Assembly (NCBI GenBank): GCA_963693365.1 | Contig: CAVNZM010000003.1 | Location: forward strand, 10,322,101 to 10,386,100 | Length of the DNA stretch: 64,000 bases | DNA from: Amoebidium appalachense | Taxonomy: Eukaryota; Protista; Ichthyosporea | Reading direction: 5' to 3' | In this document: positions 49,709-63,085 of the stretch, piece after piece | Numbering within the stretch: the stretch's first letter is position 1 | Layout: each line of letters opens with the position of its first letter | Notes under the pieces: generated by a model | The model's input: the letters and a program-made list of their open reading frames with translations, nothing else | The model's database searches: none | What the model was told of the DNA's origin: nothing | Made by a program: the position numbers and the translations under genes

Positions 49709-50846
49709 ATAACAAGGATGGTGCAACGAGTAAGCAGAACTTGTTTTAAAATAAAAATTAATATTCTTGACTGACAACATAATGCAATTCCATAAAGCAC
49801 ACACAAACAACATGCACCTCGGGGGGGGGGATTTGGGAGGTTGAGGCAGGGGGAGGGGGGAAGGAGGCATTTACCGGCGGCGACCCATTCGTTGTTGGCA
49901 AGGTGCCTATCGAGCACATGCAGCTGACGCTTCGTCTCCTCTGTGTAGCGCATGATCGCGTAAGGTATCTGTTCCTTGTGCTTGCTGAAGTGGCCAAGCT
50001 GGCCTGTGTGTACGTGTGCGTGTGTACCGTAGTGGTATGTGTATGTGTACGTGTTTATGTGTGTGTGTGGGGGGGGGGGGGGGGGGGGGGGGGGGTGGAG
50101 GGAGGAGGGGGGAGCGGGCGAAGCAAGAGGGGGGAGAAGGGTGGGAAGGGGGGAGAGGGTTAGAATGAGTTACAGGGTTCGAAGCACACATTACGAACCC
50201 TTTAACAACGGACAACACCAATATGCAGATTGCAAACCAAACATAAAGTGTATAAAGATTAAAGAAGCAAAGCCTATCCTAATGTGTGTATGTGTGTCAG
50301 TGTGTGTGCCCGTACATCTGCATGGTCGCTACGACGGTTAATGATGTTTTTGTTTCCTTTTGGGCCCAGGGGTTTGAAAGGTACGGGGAGGGCAGGGGGT
50401 GGGGTGGAGGGGGGGGGGGGGGGGGGGGAGGGGGGAGGGAGGTTGCAGGACCAATATGCAGAAAAACAACCAAAAGCATGGAATATGATGGTGTTGGGGA
50501 GGAGGAACACAGCGCCTAGTACAACACATAGAAGATGCTGTAACCTATAAACCTTCTCCCCCCCCCCTCCCCCCCCTCCCCCCTACCCGGCCCTATATCT
50601 CAAATGTAGAGACAAGAAACTGTATACATCTGCGTGTTCATGTGTACACACACACGCACATACACGTAAATATACAGAAAGGCATAAACACACGCACACG
50701 CGCACGCGCACACAAGCCTCCCCCACCCCCCCCCCACCCACAAACCACGCACACGCACACGCGCAATCAAAGCCCCCCCCCCCCCACACACACACCCACA
50801 CACCACCACAAAAAAAAAAATGCACAGACATATAAAAGGCACAAGC

Positions 50847-50897
<51 letters not shown>

Positions 50898-51206
50898 ACC
50901 AACCATCGGGCCCAAGCCCCCCAACTGCCACAGGAGCCAAGACATCGTCTCAGCCCTCCTTGCCGGGTGAGTGGGAAGGAATTTCCCGTAATTTTCAGCC
51001 AGATAAATCATAATGGCATCGCTTTCAAACACCCTCAACGGCTTGCCATCGTCTCCTTCGGGGTCGATAATTGCGGGAATTCGATTATTAGGCTTGATTG
51101 CATGAATTCCGGTGTGAGTTGCTCCCCCTGGTTGATGTTGATGATCTTGGGGACGTATGGAATTCCGGCCTCTTCAATGAGAATGTGCACCTTGTGTGTG
51201 TGTTTT

Positions 51207-51308
<102 letters not shown>

Positions 51309-51311
51309 ATG

Positions 51312-51342
<31 letters not shown>

Positions 51343-52327
51343 TGGAGGGGGGGGAGGGGGGAGGGGGGAGGGGGGGACAGGCAGGGAGCGAAAGCGAAAG
51401 GGTGGGAAAGAGGGATAGAAGGATAGTAAGCGAGGAAGAAGTGATGAGATGGGGGGTGGGGGAGGGGGGTAAAGGGGGGTGGGGGGGGGGTGGGAAGGGT
51501 CGGGGGAGGGGGGAGGGGGGTGTATTAGTGAACCTGTTGTGTGTGTGTAACAGGCTGGCCTATTCTTTCATTATTATTCCTCTCTCTCATTTTCTCTCTC
51601 TTCTCGTTTTAGTTAGTTTTCTTTAGTTTATTTTTATTTTAACGTGCTTTTATTAACCTATAATTTTTTGGCGCACGCGTGGGGGGAGGGGGGGGGGTAG
51701 GGAAAGCGAGGCATGCCAAGGGATGGTGGCAAAGAACACACAGAGTACACGTGTGTCTGCGTGTTTTCCTATGTTCTATTTGTGCGAGAGGGCAGGTGTG
51801 TGTGCGCGCGCCCGCACGTGTGTGTGCGCGTGGAATGACCCAAGGCAAGAGAGATTGTAGGTATCGTAGTAAAAATAACGTGAAGGGTAACAACATACAC
51901 ATGTTCACTTATAGCATGTCTAGCTTCCATGCCTAAATCCCCTCACCCTCCCCCCCCCCCCCCCCCCCCCCCCCCCCAAAAAAAGGACCCAGCTTCCCCC
52001 CCCCCCCCCCCTCCCCCCCCCCCCTCCCCCCTCTTTCCTCTGTTCTTCAATATTTTATCTCCTAATTTATGATTTGGGTTTCTTAGATTTTTTTGTTTGG
52101 GGGGGGAGAGGAAGAGTTGGGGAGAACCCACCTCCGTTGGGCGTAGCGGACGAGAAAGATTCGATGGGAGCCATGGTGCCGTAGTTTGCACGTGAGAGCG
52201 CAAAGACGAGGGGAATGGAGACGGAGGTTTTGGAGGTAAAAAGTGGGTTGACGGGTAGGCGGAAAGCTGTGCTTATGGCTGTATGCAGCGATGATGAGAC
52301 TCTGCGCAGCATTCTACAGAAGGGGAT

Positions 52328-52366
<39 letters not shown>

Positions 52367-52371
52367 GTTGT

Positions 52372-52423
<52 letters not shown>

Positions 52424-53584
52424 CGCGCATGTGCGCGTGTTTTTTTTTTTTTTTTTTTTTGGGGGGGGGGGGGGGGGGGCCGGGGCCGGGGGAGGGGGGG
52501 GGGGAGGGAGGGGGGGGGGGGGGGGGGAGGGGGGGGGGGGTTGGGTAGGGGGGTGGGTGGCGGTGGGATCCTGCTCGTGCATGCTCATTGCAGGCATTGG
52601 TTGGTGTGTGTGTGCAGTTATGGAATATGGGGAGAAATGCCGTATTAGTGGCGGTTTTGTTGGTGGTGGTGGTCTTTTTTTTTTGGTTTTCTATTTCCAA
52701 TCTGATTGGGAGTAGTCGGAGGGAGGGGAGGTGTCACAGTGGCAATTGCCTGCTCAAAAAGAAGTCGGGAAGAACGTTAAAGGCCTTCAATGGCTGAATC
52801 CAGGAGAGATTAGAAGAGCATTGAGGCAGGGGGAGGGGGGGGAAAAGAGTGAAGGTGAGGGCCGAGGGGGAGGAGGGGGAGGAGGGGGAGGGGGAGGGGG
52901 GGGGGGGGGGGGGGGGAGGGGGAGCGGCGATAGGACAAGCAAGGCAGAGAAATCAAAGAAATCCTTCCCTCCTGAAGCTGATCAGCTGAGTGTAACATAT
53001 GGTGCTCCAACGATCCTTCGTGTGTGTGCTCGTATAAGACAGGAAATGACAGGCGATGTGTTGAACAGCAAAAGGGCTGGGCAGGGGAAATGGGAGGAGA
53101 AGGGTTGTGATGAGTGAGTGACAGGACAAAGGGGCGGTGAACGCAAGGGAAGACATCAGTCGGCGTGAGAGGAGGAGAGGATGGTGGGGGGAGGGGGGTT
53201 GGAGCCGGCAGGGAGAGGTATGGGAATGCGAATTCAAGAAGTTGTGGACATGGGCATCTATCGACTTATTTCGGGAGAACATTTTGCCTAACATATTAGC
53301 GCGGATCTCACTTACCCTGTACAAAAACGCTTGAAACCAAACACAAGGGAAGATAAAGTGTGGTGAGGAAGAGCAGAGAAGTGAAGAATAACAAGGTGAG
53401 AGCGCTGTACCCACCTCTGGGGACCGGCGGCCAAGTAAAGGTTTCAGGGGAAAAAAGTCTCTTTTGTTGCAGCTTGCGGCTCTACCTTCAATTCAGAACC
53501 CCCTCCCCCCCCCCCCCCCGCCCTCCCCCCCCCCCCCCCCCCCCAGGTACTGTGTTCGTGTGTCACAGGGCTTGTGGGTTGTTG

Positions 53585-53667
<83 letters not shown>

Positions 53668-53888
53668 GGGGGGAGGGGGGGAGAGGGGGAGGACGGGGTT
53701 AGGATACGGAACATTGTACAAGTACAACTACACGACGAGAAAAACGGGCCATGAAACTGCAAAAGCAAAAATGCAAGAATGCAAGATCATCATTGTGTGG
53801 TATGCAACATGGAAATAAGGAGAGCCCATCCTCAGAGGGGGAGAATTATTTTTGAGGGTTGGAATTTTCGGGGGGAAGGGGGGGGGAA

Positions 53889-53924
<36 letters not shown>

Positions 53925-53928
<4 letters not shown>

Positions 53929-54056
53929 TCCGGTTCAGTCAATCGCTGAAGCGAGAAACAAATTTGAAATTGTGTGTGTGCGCGCGCGGGTGTGTGTGTG
54001 TGCCCATGCGAGGAAAAGAGAAGGGGGGGGGGGGGGGGGGGGGGGGCTCGGGAGTG

Positions 54057-54123
<67 letters not shown>

Positions 54124-54324
54124 GTTGTTTGTGTGGAAACGTGGGGGGGGAGGGGGGGGGGGGGGAGGGGGGGGGGGGGGGGGGCTTCTGGGTCAAACAA
54201 TAGCTGAATCGAGAATCAAATTGTATGTGTGTGTGTGTCTGCGCGCGCACGCACGAAACAAGGAAGGGGACGGGGAAGGACCCTCGGCATGTGTGTGTCT
54301 GGGTGTGTGTACGTGTGTGTGCGT

Positions 54325-54360
<36 letters not shown>

Positions 54361-54377
54361 TTGTGTGGAAACGTGGG

Positions 54378-54408
<31 letters not shown>

Positions 54409-54530
54409 TTCTGGGTCAGTCAATAGCTGAATCGAGAATCAAATTGTATGTGTGTGTGTCTGCGCGCGCACGCACGAAACAAGGAAGGGGGCGGGGAAGG
54501 ACCCTCGGCATGTGTGTGTCTGGGTGTGTG
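53925..54530. repeat. Three-copy ~230-260-bp tandem repeat with embedded microsatellites
   Basis: CTTC.GG.TCA..CAAT.GCTGAA..GAGAA.CAAATT...GCGCGCGC...AAG(G/A)(A/G) recurs at ~53926, ~54184 and ~54407. Confidence 0.7.
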
Positions 54531-54536
54531 TATGTG

Positions 54537-54574
<38 letters not shown>

Positions 54575-54621
54575 CGTGCATGTGTGTGTGTGTGTGCGCG
54601 CGCGAGCGTGTGTGAAGAAAC

Positions 54622-54666
<45 letters not shown>

Positions 54667-54698
54667 GGGGGAGAACGGCCCTCAGAGAAAGAGGGGGA

Positions 54699-54736
<38 letters not shown>

Positions 54737-54797
54737 ATGTGTGTGTGTGTGTGTGTGTGTGGAAACGGGGGGGGGGGGGGGGGAGAGGGGGGGCTCG

Positions 54798-54858
<61 letters not shown>

Positions 54859-55023
54859 CGTGCACGTGCGCAGCAAGTGCAGTGGCACATGTGTGTATGT
54901 GTATGGTTGCATTCATAAAGGGATGATAAGAGCAGCAGCTAGCAGGAGAAAAGGGCTACGTAAGCATATTGTGCTTAGGCAACGTGCAACTTGACCACCA
55001 CTTCTTGGCTGTTGTCCCCCCCT

Positions 55024-55062
<39 letters not shown>

Positions 55063-55294
55063 AAAACCACCACCACCACCGCATACACTCAAAAACCCAC
55101 GTGCACACAAGCACTCAATCCCACCCGCTTCAAAAGCTTATTGCTTGTCACATGTGACCAATGAAGACTGTTGACTTGCCTGCAGAACAGCTGGCAATGG
55201 CCGGGAAACCATTGTTGATATTGTTCTCGGAAAAGGTGCCTGCAGCCGGATCAAGACCACCATGCTGGTTGGTTCAAGCTGTGTGTGTGTGTGT

Positions 55295-55327
<33 letters not shown>

Positions 55328-55515
55328 CGCGGGCGCGTGTGCGTGCGTGCATGTGTGATTGCGAGGTGGTAGTGGTGGTGGTGGGGGGGGGGGGGGGGGG
55401 GGGGGGATAATAGGCTGCTGGGGATATTGGTACTGCTAAGGGACACACTGGTGTTGTGATGACAGCATAAATATTAAAGAGGGAGGGGGCGGTAGGTGTG
55501 TGTGTGCGGTGTGTG

Positions 55516-55554
<39 letters not shown>

Positions 55555-55723
55555 GGGTCATGAACGGGCATTAGGAGGGGGTAGGGAATAATGTTTGTCG
55601 TTGATTCATGCAACATGGTATCTACAGCTGCCTATCTACCCAAGCTGCAACGGCACAAAGGTGTTGAAGGCCAGCACGAGCCGGCACCATTGGTATGGAC
55701 ATGAACCTCTCTCTCTCTCTCTC

Positions 55724-56174
55724 TCCCTCCCTCCCTCCCTCCCTCCCTCCCTCCCTCCCTCCCTCCCTCCCTCCCTCCCTCCCTCCCTCCCTCCCTCCCT
55801 CCCTCCCTCCCTCCCTCCCTCCCTCCCTCCCTCCCTCCCTCCCTCCCTCCCTCCCTCCCTCCCTCCCTCCCTCCCTCCCTCCCTCCCTCCCTCCCTCCCT
55901 CCCTCCCTCCCTCCCTCCCTCCCTCCCTCCCTCCCTCCCTCCCTCCCTCCCTCCCTCCCTCCCTCCCCTCCCCTCCCCCCCCCCCCCCCCCCCCCCCTCC
56001 CTCCCTCCCTCCCTCCCTCCCTCCCTCCCTCCCCCCCCCCCCCCCCCCCCCCCCCCCTCCCTCCCTCCCTCCCTCCCTCCCTCCCTCCCTCCCTCCCTCC
56101 CTCCCTCCCTCCCTCCCTCCCTCCCTCCCTCCCTCCCTCCCTCCCTCCCTCCCTCCCTCCCTCCCTCCCTCCCT
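55724..56174. repeat. (CCCT)n tetranucleotide tract
   Basis: Directly visible in the sequence. Confidence 0.95.
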
Positions 56175-56693
56175 TCAGTTGTTGTTTGAATCTTTCGATT
56201 GCAGCGAGAGTATGTGTTGCGAGAGCGTGCGAAAATGGGCCTTTAACCTGTTGTTTTGTACGAGTCTAAGGGAGCAGAGTGCACAGAGGTGTCATGTAAA
56301 ACACGCCGTGACTAACACGTTAATGAGAGGGCAATCGGAGTTGTTCACGAGACATTGAAAGATTCAAACAACAACTGATTCTTTATTGTGCTCTCGGTTC
56401 CTTTTGTACTTGCGACTTATCACCTTATCACAACTAAAGAGGGAGAACCAATCGGTTCTATCAGAAGATAGAAAAACACATTCCGACAGAGCATACGCAT
56501 TCCAACTTCCGATTAAACTAAAGTTTAGAAACTCTTACTTAAATAAATTAAGTAATTATACATCTAGTCACTATTAACTCACATATATATTTATGTTCGT
56601 CTCTATAAAGAACCTTATTTAAATACATATATTTCCTAATAGTCGACACTCTCAAAGTGAAGACACTTTGCAATAAACCGAATTCCATATATA

Positions 56694-58700
56694 GCTCTAG
56701 TAAGTCTTGTGGACCTGATGGACTCCCTGCTGGGTTTCTTAAAATCCTTGTTCCCTCCTACCCACAAAAGGAAAGTGATCGTGCTATTAAACCTGATCTT
56801 ACTATCATGTTAAGCTCTCTCTTTTCTTGGTGTGTTAAATGTGGACATGTCCCGTCATCTTGGTTAGATACCTTAGTGATCCCCATAGTTAAGAAGGACT
56901 CTGAGGGCCCCATATCATCCTTTCGCCCCATTACACTAACCCAGGTTGTTCGTAGATTCTTTGAAGCTTGCTTACTTAGGTTATTTGCACATCACCCTAG
57001 GTTTCAATCTATTCTTCACATACACCCATGCCAATCCGCTTTTCGTAAAAACAATTCATGTTATGTTCAAATAATGGCACTGCACGATTCTATGCAAGTT
57101 GGTGCACAATATGTTGGCTTTATTGATTGGAAAACTGCTTACGATTCTGTCTCCCCTGGTCTCCTATGGGAAAAGCTTGCTGCACGGGGTGTACCACACT
57201 GCATTGGTGTTCTGTTAGAAGCACTCTTGTCTCAAACCTATGGTAGAGCTGTGGTTAATGGGCATCTCTCATATGGTTTTGCTCGTACTAGAGGTCTCTT
57301 GCAGGGTTCATTGCTTAGCCCCTTTTTGTTTAACCTATTTATAGATGATTTGGCTGTCAAGATTTACGCCGAAAACGATGACCCTATTAATAACTTTCCG
57401 CCTGCACTTCTCTATGCTGATGATCTGTCCCTCCTTGCCCGTACCCCTAGACGCCTGCAAAGATTGTTCGATGTAGTGTCAGAGTGGTGCAAGGCAAACC
57501 TTATGATCCTTAACATAGACAAATGTGGTGTTCTTGTACCTGATATAGCTAACAATTTACACACATTTACATTATCATCTAAACCTGTACCTATAGTTCC
57601 AGAATACAAATATCTTGGTGTTCCGGTTGATTCTGTTGGTGTTATGTTTCCCCATATGGTCGAAAAGAGGGTAGAGTTGGCTCGTAAGCGGTTAGCTTTC
57701 TTCTCGGCTAATATTTTTAAAGACACACCCCTCCATCCTTCTATTAGACTTACATTTATTCGCACTTTTGTCTTCCCGGCATGTGAATATGGTTTACCCC
57801 TTCTCGCCGCTTGGATCAAGAAAGAGAGAACTAGAGCGCTTAAACCCTTGGCAAATTTCCTTGAAGCAGAAGTTGCCTCCTTTCTATCTAACAACTGTTG
57901 TAAACCTGGGCCTGTAACGCTCTCGATATATGGTCTGGTCCCAATAGCTGCTAGAGTATCCTATCTCGCGCTGAAATTCAATAAGCACATAAGCCGCTTA
58001 AAGAAGTATTTGCCCTCCCACCCTCTCTTCTCTATCCGACCTGTCCCCTCCTCACCTCTCCCCTCTTTCCTCCCCTCTCTCTCCCCTTCTCCCCTGGGCA
58101 CAAATACAAATAAACCCCGCAATAGTGTGTGTGTGACTTTGGACTGCCACTTACTTATTAAACATGTACACAATCACAAGATAATCACGCAATATAACAA
58201 ATGGAAAAAGATACCACACGACACTAGACCCGATGAAAGCATACACCTTGAAAAACTAAGCCTTATGTCTCGTTTTATATATACTGACCGCCTCAACCAT
58301 ATTGCCAAATATGGCACTCGCAAGTGTATAACACCTAAATACATATTACCTTCCTGTAGAACTGGTCTTTCTCTAGCTGATGGTATTATTGATCAATTAC
58401 CACGCTTTTACTGTACACGTGCTATACAGTGGAGATCTAATAAGTATAAGGTGACATCATTTGCATGCCCAAACAACACACACACACACCAGTTTAACCG
58501 GTCATGTATCGCCAAATGTAGTTTGATAGACCACATAATACCGCAACACACACACGTCACATTCACAACAGACACCCAGAAAGATAGCCTACCTGTAAAT
58601 TACAACATCCTTGATTTTATACTAAACACGCGTAACTACGACCTGTTTATTAGATGTATTGATTGGCTTGAGAAACACATCACTACAAAATTATAGCGCA

Positions 58701-58769
<69 letters not shown>

Positions 58770-58801
58770 CCAGCTGATACCGAGTGTCCCGAGGGGAGCC
58801 C

Positions 58802-58844
<43 letters not shown>

Positions 58845-59040
58845 GGGGAACCCCAACTAATTGATTTCTCCTTGTAGTCTTTATGGTGTCTCGTAGAGAA
58901 AGTAAACCCTGATATATAGTCACCACCCGACATCTATGTACGTGATCATGATATACCGCTGAGGGGATATTCCGAGCAAAACCCCCCCCCCCATACCTGA
59001 GACTGGTTCTCTTTGCCTCGAGTAAACAGCGTAAACCCCC
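56694..59040 (+). mobile_element. 5'-truncated non-LTR retrotransposon (LINE)
   Basis: An RT ORF runs to 58696, followed by a (CA)n 3' UTR and an A-run at 58806-58843. A CCATATATA duplication lies at 56685-56693 and 59041-59049, confirmed against the empty site near 14365. Confidence 0.85.
56696..58696 (+). CDS. Non-LTR reverse transcriptase (endonuclease region missing), open reading frame
   Basis: Motifs: KSCGPDG, FRPITL, QSAFRK, IDWKTAYDSV, GLLQGSLLSPFLFNLFI, YADD, YKYLG, and a C-terminal QWR..C...C region. The first codons of the listed ORF (56657-56693) are LTR sequence. Confidence 0.92.
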   Translation, partial: SSKSCGPDGLPAGFLKILVPSYPQKESDRAIKPDLTIMLSSLFSWCVKCGHVPSSWLDTLVIPIVKKDSEGPISSFRPITLTQVVRRFFEACLLRLFAHHPRFQSILHIHPCQSAFRKNNSCYVQIMALHDSMQVGAQYVGFIDWKTAYDSVSPGLLWEKLAARGVPHCIGVLLEALLSQTYGRAVVNGHLSYGFARTRGLLQGSLLSPFLFNLFIDDLAVKIYAENDDPINNFPPALLYADDLSLLARTPRRLQRLFDVVSEWCKANLMILNIDKCGVLVPDIANNLHTFTLSSKPVPIVPEYKYLGVPVDSVGVMFPHMVEKRVELARKRLAFFSANIFKDTPLHPSIRLTFIRTFVFPACEYGLPLLAAWIKKERTRALKPLANFLEAEVASFLSNNCCKPGPVTLSIYGLVPIAARVSYLALKFNKHISRLKKYLPSHPLFSIRPVPSSPLPSFLPSLSPSPLGTNTNKPRNSVCVTLDCHLLIKHVHNHKIITQYNKWKKIPHDTRPDESIHLEKLSLMSRFIYTDRLNHIAKYGTRKCITPKYILPSCRTGLSLADGIIDQLPRFYCTRAIQWRSNKYKVTSFACPNNTHTHQFNRSCIAKCSLIDHIIPQHTHVTFTTDTQKDSLPVNYNILDFILNTRNYDLFIRCIDWLEKHITTKL

Positions 59041-59882
59041 CCATATATATCTATTGTCCAATCACAACACACATATATTAATAGACAGGAATGCACAACA
59101 CGATCTACAGATGTACTCGCTCGCGACTATAGGGGTTCAGTAACAATGACGTCACAGCGGCGATCGCTCCGAGAAGGAGGGCAAGGGTCCAAAATGTGCG
59201 TTCGCATATCGATCCACGAAAACGAAAAGGCCACGAAAACGAAACAAGCACACGAAAAGTAAACGTAAAAAATGGGGTTTGATAATCTTTTACCAGTGGT
59301 TGGCCTGACGGAGAAAAAGAAAAAGGGGTGCACTTTTGCCGAGCTCTTTAGTTTGTGACAAGCGGATGGGCATTGATTAGCTAGTGCTATTCTTCACAAG
59401 GCCCTTAGTAGTGTAACTGCAAAGTCGAAGGAAAGCCATGAACTAGCTATGTTATTGCACACATCTGACAGCCCACACACAATAGTGTTACCAAAAGCAA
59501 TAGTGGAAAAGATAACCGAAATTTCAAGAAGAAATACACTTCTGGCAACATGGACTGGGGCTACCCCTGTGCCTGTTTTTGTCTTTGATGGGCAGATGAG
59601 GTAGGGTATGGTTCCACACATACATATGATGGTAAAGCCGGGGGGTGGGGGGGGGGGGGGGGGGGGGAGAAGAAGCCCCGGTGGAAGGTTGGGGGGGAGA
59701 AGGGGAGTAGTTAAGGGAGTGAAGCTCGGAAAAGGGAGGGGGGGGGGGGGGGGGGGATAAAGATGGGAGAGTGAAGGTAGGAAGGTGTGTGGGAAAGAAG
59801 CTCGAAGGGGAGAGAGGTAGAAAAGTAAACGAAGAGGGGAGTGGAGGGGGGGGGGAGGGTGTAGATAAGAGTGATGGTTTCT

Positions 59883-59917
<35 letters not shown>

Positions 59918-60166
59918 GGAAGGGGGGGGAGGGGGGGAGGGGGGGCAGGGGGCTAGGAGATAGATATGTCAGTGCAGTTCGGAAGGAGAGGGGGCTGGGA
60001 TTCTTGGGTAAAGGGGAAAAGGGGTACAGAAGAGATGAAGGCCGAGGGATGGAGGACTATGGACCCGGGGAAGGGAGGAAGGAGAGGGGAAGGGGGGGGT
60101 GAATGGGAGTTGGAGGGGGGTGGGGAGAAGGGGGAGGGGGTATTGGGAATACATAAAGACTGACAT

Positions 60167-60198
<32 letters not shown>

Positions 60199-60290
60199 TT
60201 CGTCCCCTTTCCCGCGCTTTCTCCCTACACACACTGTGAATATCCACACTACACACGTGCTTGCGCGGACACCTATATACACATGTGCAG

Positions 60291-61059
60291 GTAATCTTGC
60301 AGCACTTCCCCCTCAAGAATTTTGTTCGCAGTTGGCGGCGGGCAATGTCGTGCAGTGAGTGGCGGTCTCCTACTGCAAGGACGGCCGCAAGGTACTTCTG
60401 CGAGGCTTAGTGCCCCGTTCCATGGCCACGGACTTCTATGTCGCCTATCTGCATTTGGAGCTGGAGGAGGAGAACAACGTGGTGAAGAAGGTGATAGATG
60501 GTTGGTGTCAGTGTCCACAGGCTCGCATTGCATGCACACACCAAGCTGCACTCATACACACAAACGCCGATATTGTGAGGCTCTCTGGTCGGGTCCCCGG
60601 GGATGAACCACAGTTGTTTGCAAGCACTAGCCAACAAAAACGGTGGGGAGTTCCATCGGGGCAGATGTCGAAAGATATAATAAAACCATCGAGCAGTATA
60701 TTTTTCATAGAAGGGAGCCTCACATGCCTACAAGAAAAGGAAAGGTTGGGGAAGGTGGTGGGGTAGGTGATGGCAGGGAACGGAACGGGGGTGGGGATGA
60801 GGGTGAAATGGATCTTGACGGTGATGGCCAGAGTGGAGGGGGGTCTGGGCAAAAAGATAGGGGCAAGTTTAAGAGGAAGGAAGTAGGGTGTTATATGAAT
60901 CATATTTTCTTGCGCGAGAATCCATTGCTGAATGCTAATGTGGCCGTGAATGCAGATAATGTTAAATCGTTGATGAAATTAATAGATAATATAAATGATG
61001 TGTATGCCAGAGAGGCCCGGGCCGCAAAGGCATCTGTACTCGCTCGAAAGAAAAGGTAG
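60291..61059 (+). pseudogene. Transposon accessory ORF with a SWIM zinc finger, disrupted
   Basis: It contains WCQCPQARIACTHQAAL (CxC-x6-CxH) and STSQQKRWGVP. There is an in-frame TGA at 60356 and a frame change near 60700. Confidence 0.65.
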
Positions 61060-61564
61060 ATCGATGTAAAGTGATAAATCTCTTTTATAAATTAGTAACG
61101 CTAGTAGTACTGCTATATGGTAACCATAACCGGTTAAGGATAATAATGGTGTTTGTGTTCTGTATAAATGTAATGAAAATTGTAACTAGGCAGTGCTGTG
61201 CACTAGGTTATGTATGCCATGTGCTGTAACGAATGAAGGTCTACTGTTACCACAACTATTGAGGTGACAAGGTCTTGCGTCTGTGCGTGCGTGCGTGCGT
61301 GCGTGCGTGCTTGCTTGCGTGCGTGCGTGCACACCCAGGAATGTGTAGTGGTTGTGTGTGGGAAGAATAGGCGGGAGGAGAACACTGGGGGGGGGGAAGG
61401 GGGGGGGGGGGGGGGGAGACAGGAAGGTTTCGTTTTTTTCCCTCTCTGTCGGGCTCGTGTTTTTCCAAAGGCTTCCTTTCCCCTTCCCCCTCTCCCCCTC
61501 CTCCTCCCCCCCCCCCCCGGGGGGGGGGGGGGGGGGCTGGAGGGGACAAAAACAATTAGCTTTA

Positions 61565-63085
61565 TTATGGGGCTTCTTCCTCCCAGTGCACGAGTTTGCC
61601 TTGGAAGCGTGTAAGCCCAAAGCAAACTCGGACAACCTGGGAGTGATTGGGCACCATGGTGATGGGAACAGTATCCGTGAGGATCTTGTTCTCCTTCGCC
61701 CGCCCAATAGCCCGCTCAATATGAATCCGCACAGCGGCAATATCACGGGTGGAGGCCAGCTCCTCCTGTGAGAAGATTGTTCCCTTTGCAAGGAAGGGAG
61801 GGATAACAAGGTGCATATTTGCTTGTTTGAGCAGAACTTCTATGAGGAAACCCTTGTCTGCCATAACCTGTGCACCAGGCCAGCATTTTTTTATTATGCC
61901 CGACACATCAGTAATAAGACGGTCACTTATTCTACCTGGATAACACGATGATACATAGAATATTTTACCAGAGGGAAGCATGGCAACTAAAACTTTTACA
62001 GTGTTGTGTCCTTTATATCTGGAATATGTAAGCTTTTGGAGCTCAGTGTTACTAGCCACCTGAATAAAGAATTCCGTGCAGTCCAAAATCATAGCGACGT
62101 GGGGATAGTTTTGCTTGAAACAAGGCAGGGCGTTTGCAGTTACGGCGGCTGCAGTAAATGCACCGTTTTGTAGTATATCCAAAAGAGGGTGTTCGAACAT
62201 GCATTTAAGCAAATAAAAGCCCCGCCAAAACGTTTTTCGTGTTGTCTTTTCACCTATGTTAAACAGGAAGGCCATGTGGTGAAACGGGAAATTGTGCCAC
62301 AGTCTCACAAGCACCAGCAGGATTGCGTTCTCAAACGACAGTGCTCTCTTTGGGCCCCGAGCCCCCACCCCGGTAACTGGGTCGACCCCCATATACAGAA
62401 GGTGGAGGTGAAATTCGAAACAGAGCAAAATGAACGCTTTGAACGCATTGCCCGTTGTGAAATGTGTGTAGAAACGAGTTTTGAAGTCCGACTGCACAAC
62501 ACCATCGTAGGTGAGTTTGCTGATGCAGTTGATCTCTTTCTCTTTCAGAGGCTGACCAAGACTCTCGTTTTTGCGCTCAACAGTCTCCATACGTGCTTCC
62601 AAAACGGCACATTTGTCCCGCAACTGTTTGAGTTCCGAGTCCATGTCTGAAATCTGCTTGTTTCGCTTCCCCACCACCATATTGAGTGTGCCGATCTGTT
62701 TGTTGAGCTCATCAACCGAAGTGTTTTGTTCCCACTCGCGACGACGCTTGGTGCGTCCGTCCTCCCCCAAGAGCAAGTCTGCTTCCCGCTGCTTCCCGCT
62801 GCCTTTTGGCGTCTTCGGCCTGCCGGCGTAGTCCTTCCTCTTACTCACGTGTGTGCGGTATGGCCCCAGCCACTAAGGTTGCAGTGGGGCCGAACACAAA
62901 TGACCCTTCGGGAAAATGGACATGGCACACCCCTAGATCCTTCCTCAGGTCATCTTCCGTGTACCTTGGCCGTATTTGCTTAAACCACGAACTAACAACC
63001 TCTGCACTGTGCCTTCGAATAAGCACCTGCTTACAACCAGGCCCAGCAGTGGCCTTGAGTGGTCTGCTGCACAACGAGAGGGCAT
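61565..63085 (-). CDS. THAP + HTH + DDE (DDE_Tnp_4-type) transposase; the THAP part is out of frame with the main ORF
   Basis: ORF 61565-62848 has RFYTHF, ILLVLVRLWHNF..LFNI, ILDCTE, YSRYKGHNTVK, GRISD, MADKGF and RIHIERAIGRAK. The upstream frame 62841-63074 has W..IR, VCHVHF and GAIP. Confidence 0.88.

Noticed and set aside
52731-53400. Possible coding remnant (ORFs 52731-53117, 53137-53334)
   Set aside because: No recognisable motif, and it is interrupted by stops and G-runs.
55140-55705. Possible exons or gag fragments downstream of the Copia-type PBS
   Set aside because: No consistent frame, splice phase or gag motif could be found.
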